A program made the translations under genes and the position numbers. Shown here piece by piece: positions 58,047-64,000 of a stretch of 64,000 nt of DNA. The stretch is from Octopus vulgaris (Eukaryota): positions 39,618,001 through 39,682,000 of the forward strand of contig OX597839.1 of NCBI GenBank assembly GCA_951406725.2. Reading direction: 5' to 3'. Every line of letters begins with the position of its first letter. The stretch's first letter is position 1. The notes under the pieces were generated by a model that did not search any database, had not been told where the DNA came from, and saw only the letters and a list, made by a program, of their open reading frames with translations.

Positions 58047-58694
58047 ATATATATATGTATATATACATATACATGTATATGTATACATACACACATGTAT
58101 ATATGCACGGTATAATGAATCTGAACGGGCAAATGTTAACATATTTGACCTACAAACAGACATATACGCAGACACATATACTGGAACACAGAGACATATA
58201 CACACACATACATACACTGATACACACACATACTGATACACACAGAGCCAGCCAGGCAGCCAGGCAGCCAGGCAGCCAAGCAGCCAGTCAGCCATGCAGT
58301 CAGACAGCCAGAGTGTAAAGTTGGTGAGATCTGCTCCACAAAAGAGACGTTAACACCTTATATAGTACATGCTCAATCACCAATATCTGCATCACCTCCT
58401 CATTGCAACGATGATTATCAGTATAGTGAGTCATCGAGGTAGCTGCTATGTGGTCGGTCGATTTGCTAGAAATAGCAACCAAATGTTCTTGAAATCATAA
58501 CTTATCATCACAACGACAACGGTAACAACAACAACAACAACAACAACCTGAACCATAACAGGAAAGGAACAAAGGAATGTAATATGCGTGCACCCTAGCC
58601 CACGCACGATCGGAAAAGTTTACCTCTTAGCCCTACACGATGAAGTCTGATTTAGGGCCAAATAAATTGCTTATCACTCCGGTACTACAATAAG

Positions 58695-59081
58695 TGGAGG
58701 CGCAATGGCCCAGTGGTTAAGGCAGCGGACTCGCGGTCATAGGATCGCGGTTTCGATTCCCAGACCGGGCGTTGTGAGTGTTTATTGAGCGAAAACACCT
58801 AAAGCTCCACGAGGCTCCGGCAGGGGATGGTGGTGATCCCTGCTGTACTCTTTCACCACGACTTTCTCTCACTCTTTCTTCCTGTTTCTGTTGTACCTGT
58901 ATATCAAAGGACCGGCCTTGTCACTCTCTGTGTCACGCTGAATATCCCCGAGAACTACGTTAAGGGTACACGTGTCTGTGGAGTGCTCAGCCACTTACAC
59001 GTTAATTTCACGAGCAGGCTGTTCCGTTGATCCGGATCAACCGGAACCCTCGTAGTCGTAACCGACGGAGTGCTTCCATCC
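58695..59081 (+). mobile_element. SINE family C, full length
   Basis: 11-bp target-site duplication actacaataag at 58684-58694 and 59082-59092. Confidence 0.9.
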
Positions 59082-59678
59082 ACTACAATAAGATCTTGCC
59101 CGTTTCTTATAGTATTCAGTTCACGATCGTAAGGTCGTGAGTTCGATTGCGCCCTAAACCGTTTAACCATTTTCGTAGTGTTCACCCACTTCTCTTGATA
59201 CCCTAAGCATTTAATTATTTTGCTAAACGGTTAACCCAGCCCTGCTCCCAGGAACAACGAATGCATGGAGTCGTATTACTTCAACAGTTACGTCTTTTAA
59301 AGAAGAAGTATGGAAGTTTAAGTGAGAATTACGGGAGATTAGTGTCAACAATTAAAGAAAATTTAAAATGTAATTAAAGCTAAGACGGAAGTAGATAACG
59401 AATAATTAAATAATGAGATAAGATAGTTGAATGAATTACTGACTACCCTGTCAATAACAAATCCGTCTGTGAATATTTTAGGGAGTTAAACCGAAGACGA
59501 GATAATCTTAATTGGGATATGTGAACGGAAATTATATAGGGTGTTTAATCGTGGTAATTAGCAACAAATAGATCGATATCCATTAAGATATATAAAGAGG
59601 AAAATAGGAAAATGAATGAATAAATACATGGATAAATAAATATATTTATTCACGTTAGGCAGAAATGTAGGTATATGG

Positions 59679-59682
<4 letters not shown>

Positions 59683-59726
<44 letters not shown>

Positions 59727-60104
59727 TGTAGTTGTGTGAGTGTCTGTCCCCTTCGATTTAGATTCCTAACTCCTCCCACATTTTGCGGTGCAGTTTAACC
59801 AAAACCGGGTATCTTATAGTCATGATTCATATCGAGCCCTTCTGGGTATTAGCGCGCGTCTACGATGAGTCTACGATTTTAAAAATAATTTACCATAATT
59901 TTTTTCCATTTTCATGCATATTTTTTTAAAGGGAAGTAACTTTCTAAAAATGTCTACGATGAGTCAACGATTTTAAAAAAAATTTACCATCATATTTTTT
60001 CCATTTTTAATGTATTTGTTTGCTATTTTTTGGCTATAACTCTCTAAAAATGCTGTATAGTTATTTCCCTTACAAACCCGAGCAACGCCGGGCGATACTG
60101 CTAG
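59683..60104 (+). mobile_element. Non-autonomous Helitron, second subfamily
   Basis: Same 3' end (tacaaacccgagcaacgccgggcgatactgCTAG|T) as the 7 kb pair but a different 5' half. The 5' boundary is blurred by (TA)n. Confidence 0.75.
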
Positions 60105-60615
60105 TATATATATATATATAAAACTGTAGTTGTGTGAGTGTCTGTCCCCTTCGATTTAGATTCCTAACTACTCCCACATTTTGCGGTGCAGTTTAACCAA
60201 ATTCGGGTATCTTATAGTCGTGATTCATATCGAGCCCGTCTGAGTATTAGCGCGCGTCTACGATGAGTCTACGATTTTAAAAATAATTTAACATCATTTT
60301 TTATTCCATTTTAATGCATAATTTTTCGTGTGTCGATGGCGGCGGAGTTGGCGTCCACGCTCACAGCTGCACCTGTTTGCTTCTCCCCCTTCTTCCCTCC
60401 CTCGTGAAGCTGTGGGGAAGGGAGTGTAAGGAAATCAACGTCGTAAAGCGTTGTCAAGGAGACCAGCGTTCTTTTAGAACAACGACTTCATGGCTTGAAG
60501 ACACCAAAACAGAAATGGCTAAGAAAGCCCGAATTTATAAGGGAAGTAACTCTCAAAAAATGCTTATATAGTTATTTCCCTTACAAACCCGAGCAACGCC
60601 GGGCGATACTGCTAG
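60105..60615 (+). mobile_element. Non-autonomous Helitron, tandem copy with an extra internal segment
   Basis: Shares the 5' ~200 bp and the 3' end with the preceding copy; carries a unique GC-richer segment at about 60320-60540. Confidence 0.75.
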
Positions 60616-60635
60616 TATATATATATATATATAAA

Positions 60636-61241
60636 CGTCGCCCTTTTCAAGCCTAGCCAGGCTCATGGGCCCGGTTTCCCGGTTTCTGTGGCGTATGTGT
60701 TCCCCCCAGCTGGACGGGACGCCAGTCCATCGCAGCATTACTCAAGAAACAGGAAGAGAGAGTGAGAGAAAGTTGGGGCGAAAGAGTACAACAGGGGTCG
60801 CCACCACCCCCCTGCCGGACCCTCGTGGAGCTTTTAGGTGTTTTCACTCAATAAACACACACACAACGCCCTGTCTGGGAATCGAAACCGCGAGTCCGCT
60901 GCCCTAACCACTGGGCCATTGGAGCACTCCGTCGGTTACGATGACGAGGATTCCAGCTGATACAATCAACGGAACAGCTTACTCGTGAAATTAATGTGCA
61001 AGTGGATGAGTACTCCACAGACACGTGCACCTTTAACGTAGTTCTCAGGGAGATTCAGCTTGACACAGAGTGTGACAAGGCTGACCCTTTGAAATACAGG
61101 TACAACTCATTTTTGCCAGCTGAGTGGACTGGGGCAACGCAAAAATAAAGTGTCTTGCTCAAGGACACAACGCGTCGCCGGGAATTGAACTCACGACCTT
61201 ACGATCGTGGGCCGAATGCCTTAACCACTAACTCACGTAGC

Positions 61242-61246
<5 letters not shown>
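60636..61246 (-). mobile_element. Two adjacent chimeric SINEs
   Basis: 60921-61246 has an F-type head and a C-type tail. 60636-60920 has a C-type head and a different tail. Confidence 0.75.
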
Positions 61247-61283
<37 letters not shown>

Positions 61284-61684
61284 TAACTCGTATGTATATC
61301 TTTTATCCCTCCTTTGTTTCTGTCGATAGACTGCGGCCATGCTGGGACACTACTTCGAAGGGTTTAGTCGAACTAATTGATCCTATTGCATATTTCAAAA
61401 AAAATCTTGGTATTTATTCCATCCAAGGTCTTTCACGTTGAGTCGCTTCGTTACTAGGATGTAACCAGACCGACATCTATTGTCAAACGGTGGTGGGTGA
61501 CAAACGCAAGATCACACACACACACACACGCACACTTATGACGGGTTTCATTCATCAAATTCACCCACTCACAGGACATTCAATGGTCAGCTCGGAGTTA
61601 CAGCTGATGACGAAGGGGCATAGGATTGAACCCGGAAACCATGTGCTTGTGAAGCAAACTTCTTACCACAGAACCACGCACGCG

Positions 61685-61719
<35 letters not shown>

Positions 61720-61744
61720 GTATGACTCTTCTATTTTTTAATTA

Positions 61745-62079
61745 TTATAAATCTTCCACTGAGGAGGGAACCAGTTTCCAATCCATCAAAGATACAAGGC
61801 TCCATCTTTGGGATGTAGCTAAAACAGACAAATTCACATTTGAAACTTGAGAAAAGTCTTGCATATTTCTACTGTTCCACTCACAGATTGCACTTGCAAT
61901 GTACGAATTAACCGGTCGATTTCTCTTTCTGAAAATCCCGGTTTATCCAGATTCTCCTTTAAGCATTTACTAACAAAACCTAGAGCTCCAATTATTATTA
62001 TTATTGGTATGAACACGAATTCATAGTCTGGATATAGAAACAGGAGATGTCGAAGCAGTTGTCCATAGATATCCTCTTT
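61745..62079 (-). mobile_element. 5'-truncated RLE-type (R4-like) non-LTR retrotransposon
   Basis: Encodes KEDIYGQLLRHLLFLYPDYEFVFIPIIIIIGALGFVSKCLKENL...QSVSGTVEICKTFLKFQM*, homologous to the 51.5 kb peptide. Confidence 0.75.
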
Positions 62080-62101
62080 ACACACACACACACACACACA
62101 T

Positions 62102-62132
<31 letters not shown>

Positions 62133-62494
62133 AATACACATATACACACATATGCACACACAAATGTGGATGGATAGACGCATGGAGGGAAAGTTAGGGA
62201 TATAAGAATCTGTCAACGTGTGTGTATATATATGTGTGTATATATATGTGTGTATATATATGTGTGTATATTTCTATACATATACATATGTATATATCTA
62301 TCCATGTGTCTTTTTCTTCCTTTATATTCGCGCGCGCACACACACACAGATATGAATAAACACTTGGATAGTTAAAGATTTATGAATATGTCAGTGTGTA
62401 TATGTGTGTGGGTGTATAAATATATGCATATGTTGATCTCATTCTCTCTCATATATATACAGAAACACACACGTATATATATATATATATATTC

Positions 62495-62708
62495 AAAATG
62501 TAACTGCGTGTGTACCGTTGGCGATTTGTTTTCCTCCGTCTTCCTTTCTCTGGATCTTTCCTTTTCCTATGTTTCCGACGAAGAGCTCCGCTCGAAACGT
62601 TAAACCCTCCTTCTTTCCTTCTTTCCTGAGCGTCCAATAATACTATATTTGTTCCACGTCCTCGCGTTGTTGTGTTTTTTTGTGATTTCATGTTTGGATT
62701 AACTATAT
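62495..62708 (+). mobile_element. Short TA-flanked element with a minimal hammerhead variant
   Basis: 62571-62605 reads gttt-CCGACGA-a gagc tcc gctc-GAAAC-GTT-aaac. The downstream cctgagcgt motif is shared with the 33705 element. Confidence 0.65.
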
Positions 62709-63549
62709 AGCGGTTCGGCAAAAGAGACCGATAGAATAAGTACTGGGCTTACAAAGAATAAGTCCCGGGGTCGATTTGCTCGACTAAAGGCGGTGCTCCA
62801 GCATGGCCGCAATCAAATGACTGAAACAAGTAAGAGAGTAAAGAGTATGCTCTTTTGAATTCTGAATTCTGATATATGTATATATATGTATATATACACA
62901 TATATATACACTCATATATGTATATATACACACATACACGCATTTACATATATTTACATATACACACATTCATATAATATACATACATACATACATGATA
63001 TATATATGGAGAGAGAGGGAGAGAGAGATTGCATGAAATGAAGACATACCATGCTATCTTCTCTCGATCACAACCACCAATCCCCTACTCACAAACACCC
63101 ACCCCCTACACACACACACACAACTTTATCGTCTCACACGTACGCATGCAGCTAGCACCAGTATACGCTTTCACACCAGTGCGCGTGCGCATTCGATATC
63201 ACATGCAGTTAACGAAAATTACGTGTAAAACACACACACGCCTTTTCACCACAGCTCTGTATAGACATACTCGCGCGCTCGCGCACGCTCATTTTTATAA
63301 ACATTTGTATAAGATGCATATAGATAACTCTTTACACACACACACACACAAACAAACACACGATCTCAAATACACATGCCATTTAATATATATATCGTAT
63401 ATATCGCGGTTATATTCGAATATTCTCCTGACACATATGTACATATACACCTGCATGTATGTATGTATGCATGCAGGTATATGTATGTATCTATGTGCAT
63501 GTATGTGTGTATCTATGTTGTGTGTTGATTTGCATGCATCTATGTATGT

Positions 63550-63596
<47 letters not shown>

Positions 63597-63707
63597 TATA
63601 ATATAAATTTTAAATTTTATATATTTTGTATATTATATTAATTATTTTTATTTTTACGTTTTGGTTTATGTTTTTCAGTTTGATTTGCCTAATAGTGGTT
63701 TTATCTC

Positions 63708-63761
<54 letters not shown>

Positions 63762-64000
63762 AGGCTGTGCATATATGCACATATGTATGTATATACACAC
63801 GCAAACGTTTCTTGTTTTTTTTTTTATATCTACACGTTTATACATGCCACGTATGTTATCGTAAACTTCAAAATGTATATGACATATATACATATAAACT
63901 GGGATGCCTGTATACGCTTGTATTTCTGTCATATACACTCAACCACGCACATACACACAATTGAACAGAGATGTATGCTAAATGTATGTATACTATATAT

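Overview
Animal genomic DNA, almost certainly intronic or intergenic, and very likely octopus (inferred from the tRNA-derived SINE families and the extreme microsatellite density). Nearly all ORFs in the track are microsatellite artefacts. The window holds dozens of SINE copies from at least four modular families and two tandem pairs of non-autonomous Helitrons. It also contains a decayed mariner transposase, fragments of R4/Dong-like and L1/Tx1-like retrotransposons, and two large (TA)n arrays. Two things stand out. First, there are about 15 type I hammerhead-ribozyme motifs: five with an intact core, several with recurrent core variants, and several decayed. They lie in short non-coding, mostly (TA)n-flanked elements, and three of these elements share an inverted-repeat-plus-tail layout typical of Penelope-like elements. 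Second, one 256-nt minus-strand candidate exon has a 3' splice site fused to a perfect 5' splice site (Yn-CAG|GTAAGT), the signature of recursive splicing. All calls were made by eye; no alignment, folding or database search was run.
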